In this document: piece after piece, positions 1-9,361 of the stretch
Position numbering within the stretch: position 1 is the stretch's first letter
Layout: each line of letters opens with the position of its first letter
NCBI GenBank assembly: GCA_965552055.1
Contig: CBEVQO010000002.1
Coordinates: 160,001 to 224,000 of the forward strand
Origin: an uncultured bacterium
GTDB lineage: Bacteria; Hydrothermota; UBA3073; NMUJ01; CBEVQO01
Direction: 5' to 3'
Length of the DNA stretch: 64,000 bases
Made by a program: the position numbers and the translations under genes
Notes under the pieces: generated by a model
Databases searched by the model: none
What the model was told of the DNA's origin: nothing
Seen by the model: the letters and a program-made list of their open reading frames with translations, nothing else

Positions 1-1120
1 GCAGATAAAAAGCAAATACTTTGCGCGAACGACCCGATTGAGGAAAAGTAAGACTATCCCAATTGCCAAATTCCCCCATATATTTATCACCTATAATACA
101 ATAATTGCGAAGAATTTTAAATTCAGGTAGCGATAAATACTCAAATTGCACACCAAGAAGCACATCCAATTTATCAGATATGCGATAAAATAGACGCTCC
201 TCAATGCCTCCTGAAATCTCCTTATATTTTTCATGAGTAAATTTGCCATCAGCAAATGTATCCCTGCTCAAAGGACTTATATAGCCCGAAGGAACTTCCT
301 GCCATAATAAATCCCTTCCCATAAAATCAAAATATATACGGGTAAGTGAATGAATATCCTCAAAATCTTTGATAAATTGTAAATCGCACAGTAAATTACC
401 GAATTTTAAACGAGAATCTGGTGCACAAACAAAAACAGGACCAACATAAGCACCCCTCTCACGATAATGCGATAAAAACATAAACCTTAAATTTCTACCA
501 GTATAATCAAATTTTGAGAAAATCTCAGAGAGATTCCTCTTTGTATAAGCCGAATCCTTCTCGATAAATTCTTTAAAACCATCAGAATGCGATAATTTTG
601 TGAACATCCTCATGCCTTTAAATTTAGCCTTTATAAGATTTTCAACCGTATAATTGTTTCCTCCACTTATTGCGAAAGTATTTTTATAAAGTGTATCTGT
701 GATTATATTAATTACTCCGCATAAAGCATCTGTGCCAAAAATTGCAGAACCAGGACCCCTTATCACCTCTATTCTCTCAATAAATTCAACGGGCAAATCA
801 AAAATAGCTCCCCCTGTGTAAAAGTCATTAACTCTGTGACCATCGATAAGAAGCAGTATCTCGCCAGGTGTGCGCTGACCACGCAGAGCAACACGCCATT
901 CACCATCACTACCCATGCTAACCTCAATATCCGGAATGGTTTTCAAAACATCTATCAGGGTATAACAGGGCAAACGCAAAATGTCTTCTTTACGCAATAC
1001 CGTTATCACTGCAGGCGCTTCCTCTATGGGCTCGGGCTTCAAAGTGGGAGACACTACCTTTAACTCTTCCTGAGTAAATAACTCAAGCTCACTGATAGCA
1101 AGAAATACAAATACAAGCAT
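1..1120 (-). CDS. TonB-dependent receptor (N-terminal part; runs off window start)
   Basis: Hand translation from ATG 1120 (alt 1123): MLVFVFLAISELELFTQEELKVVSPTLKPEPIEEAPAVITV...LLLIDGHRVND...IERIEVIRGPGSAIFGTDALCGVINIIT, a typical TonB plug motif. Not in ORF track because it is truncated. Confidence 0.9.
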   Translation of the reverse strand, partial: MLVFVFLAISELELFTQEELKVVSPTLKPEPIEEAPAVITVLRKEDILRLPCYTLIDVLKTIPDIEVSMGSDGEWRVALRGQRTPGEILLLIDGHRVNDFYTGGAIFDLPVEFIERIEVIRGPGSAIFGTDALCGVINIITDTLYKNTFAISGGNNYTVENLIKAKFKGMRMFTKLSHSDGFKEFIEKDSAYTKRNLSEIFSKFDYTGRNLRFMFLSHYRERGAYVGPVFVCAPDSRLKFGNLLCDLQFIKDFEDIHSLTRIYFDFMGRDLLWQEVPSGYISPLSRDTFADGKFTHEKYKEISGGIEERLFYRISDKLDVLLGVQFEYLSLPEFKILRNYCIIGDKYMGEFGNWDSLTFPQSGRSRKVFAFYL

Positions 1121-1125
1121 CATAA

Positions 1126-1196
1126 AAAAATAATCATCATCTCAAATTGTCAATAGAAAATTTTTATCCTTGACAAATCAAAAATATAGTTAAAAT
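1126..1196. promoter_or_regulatory. Back-to-back divergent promoters, each TTGACA-N15-TAnnnT-N6-ATG
   Basis: Plus: TTGACA 1170-1175, TAAAAT 1191-1196, ATG 1203. Minus: TTGACA 1153-1148, TATTTT, ATG 1120. Confidence 0.7.
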
Positions 1197-1202
1197 AAAA
1201 GG

Positions 1203-2501
1203 ATGATTTTAATAGTGCTTTCCATACAATTATGGTATGGGACTTATCTCGGTAACACCAAAATAGGTTATCTGATGCAGGACATCGAAGATGTTGATAC
1301 TGCCATAATTTACAAAGAATTTTCTTTCATGAAATTAAAAATGATGGGAACGGAAAGAATTTTAACTGCCATTGGAGATTATATCTTGCAAAAAGATTAC
1401 AAAATTAAAAAGTTAAACTTTAAATTGAAATCTCTTTCTCAGGAATTAAACATTGACGGTATTTGCAAAAGGGATACTTTGTTTTTAAAAATCTTAACCG
1501 GTGGAACTTACAGGGAAAAGAAAATACCAGCAAAAGGCGGAATTTATTTACCCCATTTGATTTATACAATAGCGGTTAAAAGAAGGCAACCTGTAAAATT
1601 AAAATGCATTGACCTGACGATAATGGGAATTGACTGGGCTGAAGCAAGAATTGAGAAAAATCTGGGAGATAATACTCTTGTATGGGCTCATTTTCTTAAT
1701 GCCGAATCAAAGGCTCTTATCGATAAAGATGGATTTGTGATAAAAGAATGGGCTCCGATGAACATCGTAAATGTAAGGGAAGAAAAAGAAAAAGCACTAA
1801 AAGTTGAAGGCGCACCACCAGAAGTTTTAACATATTACGCAATAAAACCTCAAAAGAAAATTTTAAATCCAAGAAAAGTTAAATATTTGAAACTAAAGGT
1901 AAAAGGAGATTTCTTAAATACTGATAGACAAAAAGTAAAATGGTCTCTCTTTGGAAGAATACTGGAAGTAAGAGCAATAGAACCGGAAAGGGAAAATATA
2001 GGAAGGATACCCGATACTCTTCTGAAATACTTAAAACCTACGGAATTTGTGCAATGTGATGCACCTGAAATTAAACAGAAAGCATTAGAAATAATAAAAG
2101 GCGCAAAAACTGATTGGGAAAAAGTAAAGAAAATATTGCACTGGGTTGATAAAAATGTAAAAGATGTTCCTTCGGTTACAATGCCTTCGGCAATCGAAGT
2201 ATTAAAAAGTTTAAAGGGGGATTGCAATGAGCATGCGGTTTTATTCTGTGCACTCGCAAGAGCAGCAGGCATTCCTGCCGAAATAGTCGTAGGAATAGTT
2301 TACATAAATGACGGCTTCTATTATCATGCATGGAATAAAGTATGGCTCGGTAAATGGATTGAAGTTGACCCAACTTTTGGACAGGAGATTGCAGATGCAA
2401 CACATCTCGCATTACAGGAAGGGGGGATGGAAAATCAGGCAAAAATAATGGGAATCGTCGGCAAAATAAAAATAAAAGTAATAAAATATGAATATCAATA
2501 A
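1203..2501 (+). CDS. Transglutaminase-like domain protein
   Basis: GDCNEHA...RAAGIPA...YYHAWNKV...WIEVDPT, giving the Cys-His-Asp triad of the transglutaminase core. Confidence 0.9.
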   Translation: MILIVLSIQLWYGTYLGNTKIGYLMQDIEDVDTAIIYKEFSFMKLKMMGTERILTAIGDYILQKDYKIKKLNFKLKSLSQELNIDGICKRDTLFLKILTGGTYREKKIPAKGGIYLPHLIYTIAVKRRQPVKLKCIDLTIMGIDWAEARIEKNLGDNTLVWAHFLNAESKALIDKDGFVIKEWAPMNIVNVREEKEKALKVEGAPPEVLTYYAIKPQKKILNPRKVKYLKLKVKGDFLNTDRQKVKWSLFGRILEVRAIEPERENIGRIPDTLLKYLKPTEFVQCDAPEIKQKALEIIKGAKTDWEKVKKILHWVDKNVKDVPSVTMPSAIEVLKSLKGDCNEHAVLFCALARAAGIPAEIVVGIVYINDGFYYHAWNKVWLGKWIEVDPTFGQEIADATHLALQEGGMENQAKIMGIVGKIKIKVIKYEYQ

Positions 2502-2541
2502 AAGCTTGACATCCACAGAATTTGATTCAAATATAAATGAG

Positions 2542-4680
2542 ATGAACATTTTAATACTCTTCATGGGTTTGAAATTACCGGTGAAAATCTATATCGATGA
2601 TTATAGACAGATAAGAGAATTACAGAAAAAAGGTTTAATGATAGAAAATGTTATTTATAATTATGTTGAAACGCATCTTTCCAGAGAAGAAATAGAAAAA
2701 TGGCGGGAAATGGGTTATAAAGTGGAAATTACAAAAGAAGTTACTCCGAAAGCAGGTTATCATAGCTATCGGGAGATAGAAAGGAAGCTTCACTGGATTG
2801 CTTCAACTTATCCGGAAATCACCCACTTAATAAGTATAGGAAAATCAGTGGAAGGCAGGGATATCTGGGCGATAAAAATTTCGGATAATCCACAAAGTTG
2901 TGAATATGAACCGAAAGTGCGCTTCGCAGCTACTATTCACGGTGATGAACCACCCGGAACAGAAGTTTTACTCGCATTAATTGATACTCTTACAAAAAAT
3001 TACGGAAAAAATGATAAAATCACAGAACTTGTTAACACAAGGGAAATATGGATAATTCCTCTTGCGAATCCCGATGGTTATGTTAATCATTCGCGTTACA
3101 ATGCAAACGGCGTCGATTTAAATAGAAACTTCCCTGTACCAGATGGCAGTATAGGAGGTGATGGTACTTATGAACTTGAACCAGAAACTCAGGCATTAAT
3201 AACTTTTCAGGATACCGCTAACCTCACACTCGGATGTATGTTTCATACGGGTGCTCTCGTTGTGAATTACCAGTGGGATTATACCTATGATGTGCCACCG
3301 GACGATGTATTGATTGACAAAATAGCAAGGGAATATGCAAGAAGAAACCCTATGATTTATTACAGCACTTCCGTGCAAACCGCAGATAGTGGAGTGGTGA
3401 GAGGCGCTAGATGGTATATCGTAAAAGGTAGCCTCCAGGATTACAGCTATCACATAAATGGCTTTATAGATTTAACAATTGAAATTTCAGTTACAAAATG
3501 GCCCGATACCACTTTATTAAAACAAATAATTAACGAAAACATAGAACCTCTTTTATTTTTTATCGAAAAGGCAGGAGATGGACTTTATGGGATAGTTTTT
3601 GATACAGTAAATATGTGTCCTGTTATGTGCGAAATCAAAGTTGAAAATTTACAATCTGTATATTCATGCGGAAATGGGTATTACAAAAAGTTGTTATTAA
3701 CAGGAAATTACAATGTAAATTTCAGTTCACCGGGATATTATCCTGCAAGCTTTGTAATCAATGCGAATTATGACTCTTCAACTAATTTGAATGTTAAACT
3801 TACTCCATACTATAAAGATGCCTTTTTAATAGGCAAAGTTACGGACGCTTTCACAGGTGCACCTTTGCGATGCAAAGTAACAACAATTTATAGAGGAGAA
3901 ACAACAAGCACATTAACGGATGACAATGGAAATTACATATTAAAATTCTGGGAAGGAATATGGGAAAAATTAATTTTTGAAGCTACAGGTTATGAGAAAC
4001 TCTTCGAAAAATACTTTGCAGTAAAGGGGACTGTTTTCAAAAATGTAAGTTTAATTCCTTTCTTTTCGTTTTCCAGCGAAACAACAGAAACAATTCCCGA
4101 TACAAAAGTTCTTAAATCAAGGATATTTATTGCCGAAAGTTTAATGATAAAGGAAATGGAAGTATACTTACACATAAACCATCCTGATTTTTCTGAGCTC
4201 GTAATTTACATTGAATCACCTGAAGGTAAATTTGTAAAGCTCTGGGATATGAATTTTGCTACAGGAGATGTTGAAATGTGGTTCGAAAGGGATATTTCTG
4301 CAGATTCCGGCTCTTTAACATGGTATGAGAATACATGTGCAAAAGGTTACTGGACATTACACATTGAGGATAAAAAAGAAGGCAACACAGGAGTATTACT
4401 GGGATGGAAGATAAAAGTCATTCCATATTGTATTGCTGAAAAAAAGATTGCTCAACATGAATTTAAGATTTACCCCAATCCGGGAAAGAGTTTCACAATT
4501 TATTCTTCATTTACCCCCTATCTCTTTGAAATTTACGATATTTGTGGAAGGAAAATTTATTCTACAATGGTCGATAACAATTTGCAAAATTTGAATTTAT
4601 CTTTACCTGATGGTGTTTATTTTTTCAGGGCAAAGTATCCTTTGTGTGAATATTTTAAAAAGGTGGTGGTGATAAAATGA
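2542..4680 (+). CDS. M14 zinc carboxypeptidase with regulatory-like domains, proprotein convertase P-domain and T9SS-type C-terminal domain
   Basis: IHGDE, NPDG, DLNRNFP, MFHTG motifs; INHPDFSEL...GYWTLHIED P-domain; IYPNP...IYDICGR...GVYFF tail. Start ATG 2542 preferred over 2488. Confidence 0.9.
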   Translation: MNILILFMGLKLPVKIYIDDYRQIRELQKKGLMIENVIYNYVETHLSREEIEKWREMGYKVEITKEVTPKAGYHSYREIERKLHWIASTYPEITHLISIGKSVEGRDIWAIKISDNPQSCEYEPKVRFAATIHGDEPPGTEVLLALIDTLTKNYGKNDKITELVNTREIWIIPLANPDGYVNHSRYNANGVDLNRNFPVPDGSIGGDGTYELEPETQALITFQDTANLTLGCMFHTGALVVNYQWDYTYDVPPDDVLIDKIAREYARRNPMIYYSTSVQTADSGVVRGARWYIVKGSLQDYSYHINGFIDLTIEISVTKWPDTTLLKQIINENIEPLLFFIEKAGDGLYGIVFDTVNMCPVMCEIKVENLQSVYSCGNGYYKKLLLTGNYNVNFSSPGYYPASFVINANYDSSTNLNVKLTPYYKDAFLIGKVTDAFTGAPLRCKVTTIYRGETTSTLTDDNGNYILKFWEGIWEKLIFEATGYEKLFEKYFAVKGTVFKNVSLIPFFSFSSETTETIPDTKVLKSRIFIAESLMIKEMEVYLHINHPDFSELVIYIESPEGKFVKLWDMNFATGDVEMWFERDISADSGSLTWYENTCAKGYWTLHIEDKKEGNTGVLLGWKIKVIPYCIAEKKIAQHEFKIYPNPGKSFTIYSSFTPYLFEIYDICGRKIYSTMVDNNLQNLNLSLPDGVYFFRAKYPLCEYFKKVVVIK

Positions 4681-5168
4681 TTGGTCTAATTCTTTTCATA
4701 TTGAGTGAAGCCGCTCCCGCGGATTATCTTACCGCGATAAAGGAAGTGCTACCCAGTGCGAAGAAAGTTGGTATAATGTGTAACATGATGGCGAATGTAG
4801 ATGCACTTCAGAAGATTGCACAGGCTGCGACACAACTCGGGCTCGCACCATTCGTGGGCAATGTAAAAGCTCTTGAAGATGTGCCAAAAGCTTTCGAAAG
4901 CTTATCGGCACAAAAAGTAGATGTAATATGGGTATTCCCTGATGCAACATTAAAAGAAGCAGTAGCAAAAAAATTCATACTCGAAAAAGCTACGGCAGCG
5001 AAAATTCCTATAATAGGATATGATGTTGATTTCGTAAAAGAAGGAGCATTCTTAACGGTTGTAAAAACAAACGAAGTTAAATATCATGTGAATATGGAAG
5101 TAGCAAAAAATCTGGGTATTACAATTCCGGATGCTGTAAAATCAAAAATAGTAGTAGAAAAGGAGTAG
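4677..5168 (+). CDS. ABC-transporter substrate-binding-like protein (short, ABC_sub_bind-like)
   Basis: LPSAKKVGIM, VDVIWVFPD, KIPIIG...VKEGA, VNMEVAKNLGITIP resemble the C-terminal half of the ABC_sub_bind family. Confidence 0.7.
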   Translation: MIGLILFILSEAAPADYLTAIKEVLPSAKKVGIMCNMMANVDALQKIAQAATQLGLAPFVGNVKALEDVPKAFESLSAQKVDVIWVFPDATLKEAVAKKFILEKATAAKIPIIGYDVDFVKEGAFLTVVKTNEVKYHVNMEVAKNLGITIPDAVKSKIVVEKE

Positions 5169-5170
5169 CC

Positions 5171-6976
5171 ATGTGGCGTAAAAGTTTAAAAATAAAATTA
5201 CCGGTATTAATTGCAGGACCTGTTATCGTATTTTTCTTCCTGTTTATATCATATAGCATAAACTCGCTCAAAAAATCACTGAGAATGGAAACAGAAAGAA
5301 GAGCAAAAGCACTCTGCCTGAATCTAGCTAATACAATGAAATATCATCTCGAAAGTTACACGATTGCAAAAAAAGCAGGCCTACCAGCAGATACATCGAC
5401 AATCAAAAATGCAATGATACCCTTTGTGACAGGAGATATAATGTACGGAATAATTTATGATAAGAATCTCACTCCGATAGTACAAATTAATTCTCACTTA
5501 CTGAAAAGCAAAGAATTGCCGGGCTTCTCATTCGAAGAAACTTATTTAAAAATAATTTCCCTAAAAAATAATGCAAAGGTTATGGATGTTGCAATGCCAG
5601 TAAGAACAGAGGGACTCGGATTAATAGGCTTTGTAAGATGCGGAATGGATCTTAAAGCATACTATGAGAATATAAGAAACAGAGTAAGAAATTCCATAAC
5701 CATGGCAATTCTATTCTTGCTTTTAACAATTATCACGATAATTATCGTGACAAAATTCTCCATCCTTAATCCGATATTTACATTAAAGAAAGCAGCTGAG
5801 AAAATTGAAAGAGGTGATATAGAAACAAAAGTAGAGATGAACCGCGAAGATGAACTCGGTACACTTGCGAACTCAATAAACGCAATGGTAGAATCTCTAA
5901 AAAGAGAAATGGAAGCTGCGAATAATGCTCGCAGGGAAGTAGAAGAGAATGCCCGCTATTTACAGGAAAGAATATCTGAATTTTTAAAAATAATAGAAAA
6001 GGCTGCTGAAGGTGACCTTACCGTAGTCGCACCTTTTCGCAACAGCAACGATATGCTAGATGAACTGGCAAAATCAACTAATGAAATGTTCTCCAATCTC
6101 TCGTCACTCATAGGAGAAGTTAGAAGTCTTGCAGAAGCCGTTGCTTCTTCATCCGAAGAAATCACTCAAATAACACAACAAATCGTAGAAGGTGCAAAAC
6201 GCCAGGAAGCAGAGGCAGCCGAAGCCGCAGCATCAACAGAAGAGATGTCAGCAACAATACTTTCAACAGCACAAAATGCTTCAACAGCTCAAGAAGAAGC
6301 ACAAAATTCTCTACAAAATGCAACCGAAGGCGGCGAAAAAGTAAAAGAAGTAATAGTGAAAATCAACAGCTTAAACGAAACCATAAAACTTGCAGCAGAT
6401 AGAATAACGGCACTCGGTGAAAAAGCAGCGGAAATAGGAAGCATCATTGAAATGATCGAAGAAATAGCAGAACAAACAAACTTACTTGCACTGAATGCAC
6501 AGATAGAAGCAGCAAGAGCAGGTGAATACGGAAGGGGCTTCTCAGTAGTAGCGGATGAAATTCGCGGACTCGCAGACAGGTCAAGGAGAGCAACAAGTGA
6601 AATAAGCAACACTTTAAAAGCCATTCAGGCAGAAGTAGAAGAAGCAATTAGAGTTATGAAAGAATCAAGTATTGCATCAGAAGAAGCAACAAGGATTGCA
6701 CAGGAAGCAGGCGAAGCACTCAGCAGAATTGTGGAAGGCTCAAGAACCGTAACAAATACAATCACACAGATAGCAACAGCAGCAGAAGAAGAATCAGCAG
6801 CATCAGAAGAAATAGCAAACAAAGTAAGAGCAATCTCCGAAATAGCAAGACAGGGTGCATCAAGCGCAGAAGAAGTGGCAAAAGCTATGAGCGATTTATC
6901 ACAGAGAGTTATAACACTCGAAAAAACATTACTGAAATTCAAAATCCCAGAAGAAAAAGCAATAAGACCTGTATAA
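5171..6976 (+). CDS. Methyl-accepting chemotaxis protein
   Basis: Two TM segments, HAMP (REDELGTLANSIN) and the signalling hairpin IAEQTNLLALNAQIEAARAGEYGRGFSVVADEIR. Confidence 0.95.
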   Translation: MWRKSLKIKLPVLIAGPVIVFFFLFISYSINSLKKSLRMETERRAKALCLNLANTMKYHLESYTIAKKAGLPADTSTIKNAMIPFVTGDIMYGIIYDKNLTPIVQINSHLLKSKELPGFSFEETYLKIISLKNNAKVMDVAMPVRTEGLGLIGFVRCGMDLKAYYENIRNRVRNSITMAILFLLLTIITIIIVTKFSILNPIFTLKKAAEKIERGDIETKVEMNREDELGTLANSINAMVESLKREMEAANNARREVEENARYLQERISEFLKIIEKAAEGDLTVVAPFRNSNDMLDELAKSTNEMFSNLSSLIGEVRSLAEAVASSSEEITQITQQIVEGAKRQEAEAAEAAASTEEMSATILSTAQNASTAQEEAQNSLQNATEGGEKVKEVIVKINSLNETIKLAADRITALGEKAAEIGSIIEMIEEIAEQTNLLALNAQIEAARAGEYGRGFSVVADEIRGLADRSRRATSEISNTLKAIQAEVEEAIRVMKESSIASEEATRIAQEAGEALSRIVEGSRTVTNTITQIATAAEEESAASEEIANKVRAISEIARQGASSAEEVAKAMSDLSQRVITLEKTLLKFKIPEEKAIRPV

Positions 6977-8014
6977 TTATCTTAATTCCTTGTATTTCGC
7001 CATATCCGCTTTATAGCCCTCTATATCTCCCAGTTTTTTCCTTACCGCAGCGCGCCTGGCATAGGGCCGTGGGTCGTCCGGTTTTATTTCTATCCATTCA
7101 CTCAATACTCTTTCGCGGGATTTTAAATCACCGATTCTTTCATAAAGATAATCAAGATAATCAAGCACACCTATATCTTCCTTTTTAATCTCATGTGCTT
7201 TCTCGAGCTCTGCTATTGCTTCTTTTATCTTATTTTGCTTCTCAAGACAAGCAGCCAGATTGTATCTCGCATCAACATTTGTGCTATCAAGCTTTAAAAG
7301 CTTGCGGAAACTCAATTCTGCATCAGAATAATTTTTCATCTTCATATAGCATATGCCAAGGTAATATAAAGCATCAACATTGGTAGAATCCAGTTCAACT
7401 GCTTTCGATAAATATTCACTCGCTTTCTTATAATCTTCTTCCTTTAAATAAAATCTGGCAAGATTAACATACGAAAGAACACTTTTGGGATTCGTTTCTA
7501 TCGCCTTGTTGTAATAATAAATAATGGAATCTTTCAATGTAGTATCTTCTTTTGCAAGTTTAGCAAAACAATACCCGATATTATTATAAGTGACCGCACT
7601 ATCAGGGTTAAATTTAAGAGCAGTCTTTAATTTATTAATGGCTCTCCTGAATTCATTTTGTTGAAGAAGTATTATTCCGGCATTTGAATAAAGTCTCCAG
7701 AAGAACATTGCATCGTATCGTCTCCTTTTATATTTTTGACCTTTTTTCATCTTTTTTATGATTTCGGGCTTCTTAACCATTGCTGAATCAAAGTAATCCG
7801 TAGCCCTTACATAGTCTTTTAGCTCTGTGTAGCATCTTCCCAGCCATATATACGGTTTCGGGTCATTCGGTGAAGAAGCAGCAGCCTGCTTGAACTTCTC
7901 TATCGCTTTCTGATACTCGCCCTGGTCGAAGTATATTTTACCACTCGTCATCAAATAACTGTATCCGTACGCGGCTCCAGAAAACATTAGCAATACTACA
8001 AACCACTTACGCAT
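6977..8014 (-). CDS. Secreted TPR-repeat protein
   Basis: Signal peptide MRKWFVVLLM after a GGAGG SD; many TPR helices (ALYYLGICY, ARYNLAACL). Confidence 0.85.
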   Translation of the reverse strand: MRKWFVVLLMFSGAAYGYSYLMTSGKIYFDQGEYQKAIEKFKQAAASSPNDPKPYIWLGRCYTELKDYVRATDYFDSAMVKKPEIIKKMKKGQKYKRRRYDAMFFWRLYSNAGIILLQQNEFRRAINKLKTALKFNPDSAVTYNNIGYCFAKLAKEDTTLKDSIIYYYNKAIETNPKSVLSYVNLARFYLKEEDYKKASEYLSKAVELDSTNVDALYYLGICYMKMKNYSDAELSFRKLLKLDSTNVDARYNLAACLEKQNKIKEAIAELEKAHEIKKEDIGVLDYLDYLYERIGDLKSRERVLSEWIEIKPDDPRPYARRAAVRKKLGDIEGYKADMAKYKELR

Positions 8015-8025
8015 ACCCCCTCCTT

Positions 8026-8841
8026 TCATTTCAAAAAGAAATCAAGTATCTTTATAATTGTTTCTTTTAACTTTGGTCTCGGTACCACCATATCAACAAG
8101 CCCATGTTCCAATAAAAATTCTGCTGTCTGAAAACCAGGCGGTAATTCTTGCTTAATCGTCTGCTTTATAACCCTTGGTCCAGCGAATCCAATAAGTGCA
8201 CCCGGTTCCGCAATCACAATATCTCCAAGCGAAGCATAAGAAGCCATCACACCTGCCATCGTTGGATTCGTAAGCACACTTATATATGGTATTTTGTGTT
8301 GCGAAAGTAAGCCCAGTGCCGCAGCAGTTTTAGCCATTTGCATTAAAGAAAGTATGCCCTCCTGCATACGAGCACCACCAGAAGCATTCACAGTAATTAA
8401 AGGTATTCTCTCATCTATAGCATGGTAAATCAAACGGGTAACCCTCTCACCCACTACAGAGCCCATTGAACCACCAATAAAACCAAAATCCATAACCCCA
8501 AGTGCTACCCTGTAAGACGATATCTTGGCGTCACCTGTTATAATCGCCTCTGTTAAGCCAGTTTTCTTCATATCACGCTCAATCCTCTCTTTATAGCCCT
8601 TAAAATTTAAAGGGTCATCACTTAAAATATCCTCATACAAAGGTTTAAATTCATCCGTAAGTAATTTTATATATTCCAGAGCACCTATTCTGAAATGATA
8701 TCCACAATGCTCACAGACCCAGTAATTTTTTTCAACAAGCCTGCGGTATAACATCGCTCCGCACTTCTTACATTTAAGCCAGAGACCATCGGGAATTTCT
8801 TTTTTCTCACCAGAAGAAATCTTCTTCCTCCAAAATAACAT
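8026..8841 (-). CDS. accD: Acetyl-CoA carboxylase carboxyltransferase beta subunit
   Basis: WLKCKKC...CEHC zinc finger, GGSMGSVVGE, SGGARMQEG, GFAGPRVI. Confidence 0.97.
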   Translation of the reverse strand: MLFWRKKISSGEKKEIPDGLWLKCKKCGAMLYRRLVEKNYWVCEHCGYHFRIGALEYIKLLTDEFKPLYEDILSDDPLNFKGYKERIERDMKKTGLTEAIITGDAKISSYRVALGVMDFGFIGGSMGSVVGERVTRLIYHAIDERIPLITVNASGGARMQEGILSLMQMAKTAAALGLLSQHKIPYISVLTNPTMAGVMASYASLGDIVIAEPGALIGFAGPRVIKQTIKQELPPGFQTAEFLLEHGLVDMVVPRPKLKETIIKILDFFLK

Positions 8842-8869
8842 CTTAAATTTTCGTCAAAATACAGGATTG

Positions 8870-9361
8870 TCAACTACTAATTGCATCCAATACTTCTTTT
8901 TTTGTCTTTGCAGTTAATAATTGATTTCGAACAGAATCTTCTGACATCACTTTAAAAATTTGAGCAATTAAATCAATGTATTCTTTCTCCTTATGCTCGG
9001 GTGCCAGCAACAGGAAAATAATTTTCACAGGCTTACCATCGAGTGATGAAAAATCTATACCCCTTTTATGAATGCCAAGAGCAACTTGCAATTCTTTTAC
9101 AGGCTCACCTATATAGCGAAAAATACCAACAGATTTGCCAGGACACATCGACATTATTCTATCTCGAGAAAGTATCTTCTCCAGAATAAGCTCCTTATTT
9201 TTCACAGGTAACAAATTCAAAAGCTCCCTTATTATTTTTTCTTTCGTCTTGCCTTTTAAATCCAGAATTATATTGTTGTGCAGAAGATAATTCAGTAAAT
9301 TAGAGGATGTATCTTGAAAGGTCTCTATCTTCTGCGATATTTTTGAGTCTTTCTCTGACAT
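8870..9361 (-). CDS. PTS EIIA (Ntr/fructose-type) domain protein, degenerate phospho-His site
   Basis: IILDLKGKTKEKII...GIDFSSLDGKPVKIIFLLLAP; start codon uncertain (only ATG overlaps hslU). Confidence 0.75.
   Translation of the reverse strand: MSEKDSKISQKIETFQDTSSNLLNYLLHNNIILDLKGKTKEKIIRELLNLLPVKNKELILEKILSRDRIMSMCPGKSVGIFRYIGEPVKELQVALGIHKRGIDFSSLDGKPVKIIFLLLAPEHKEKEYIDLIAQIFKVMSEDSVRNQLLTAKTKKEVLDAISS

Noticed and set aside
1148..1175. TGTCAA...TTGACA inverted pairs in many intergenic regions as a transcription-factor operator
   Set aside because: Spacing between the halves varies widely between loci. Most halves are explained as the -35 of a divergent promoter with its own -10 and start codon.
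2506..2541. 15-bp-spacer promoters at TTGACA 2506 and 51458
   Set aside because: No TAnnnT at the expected distance, so these were not counted as support.
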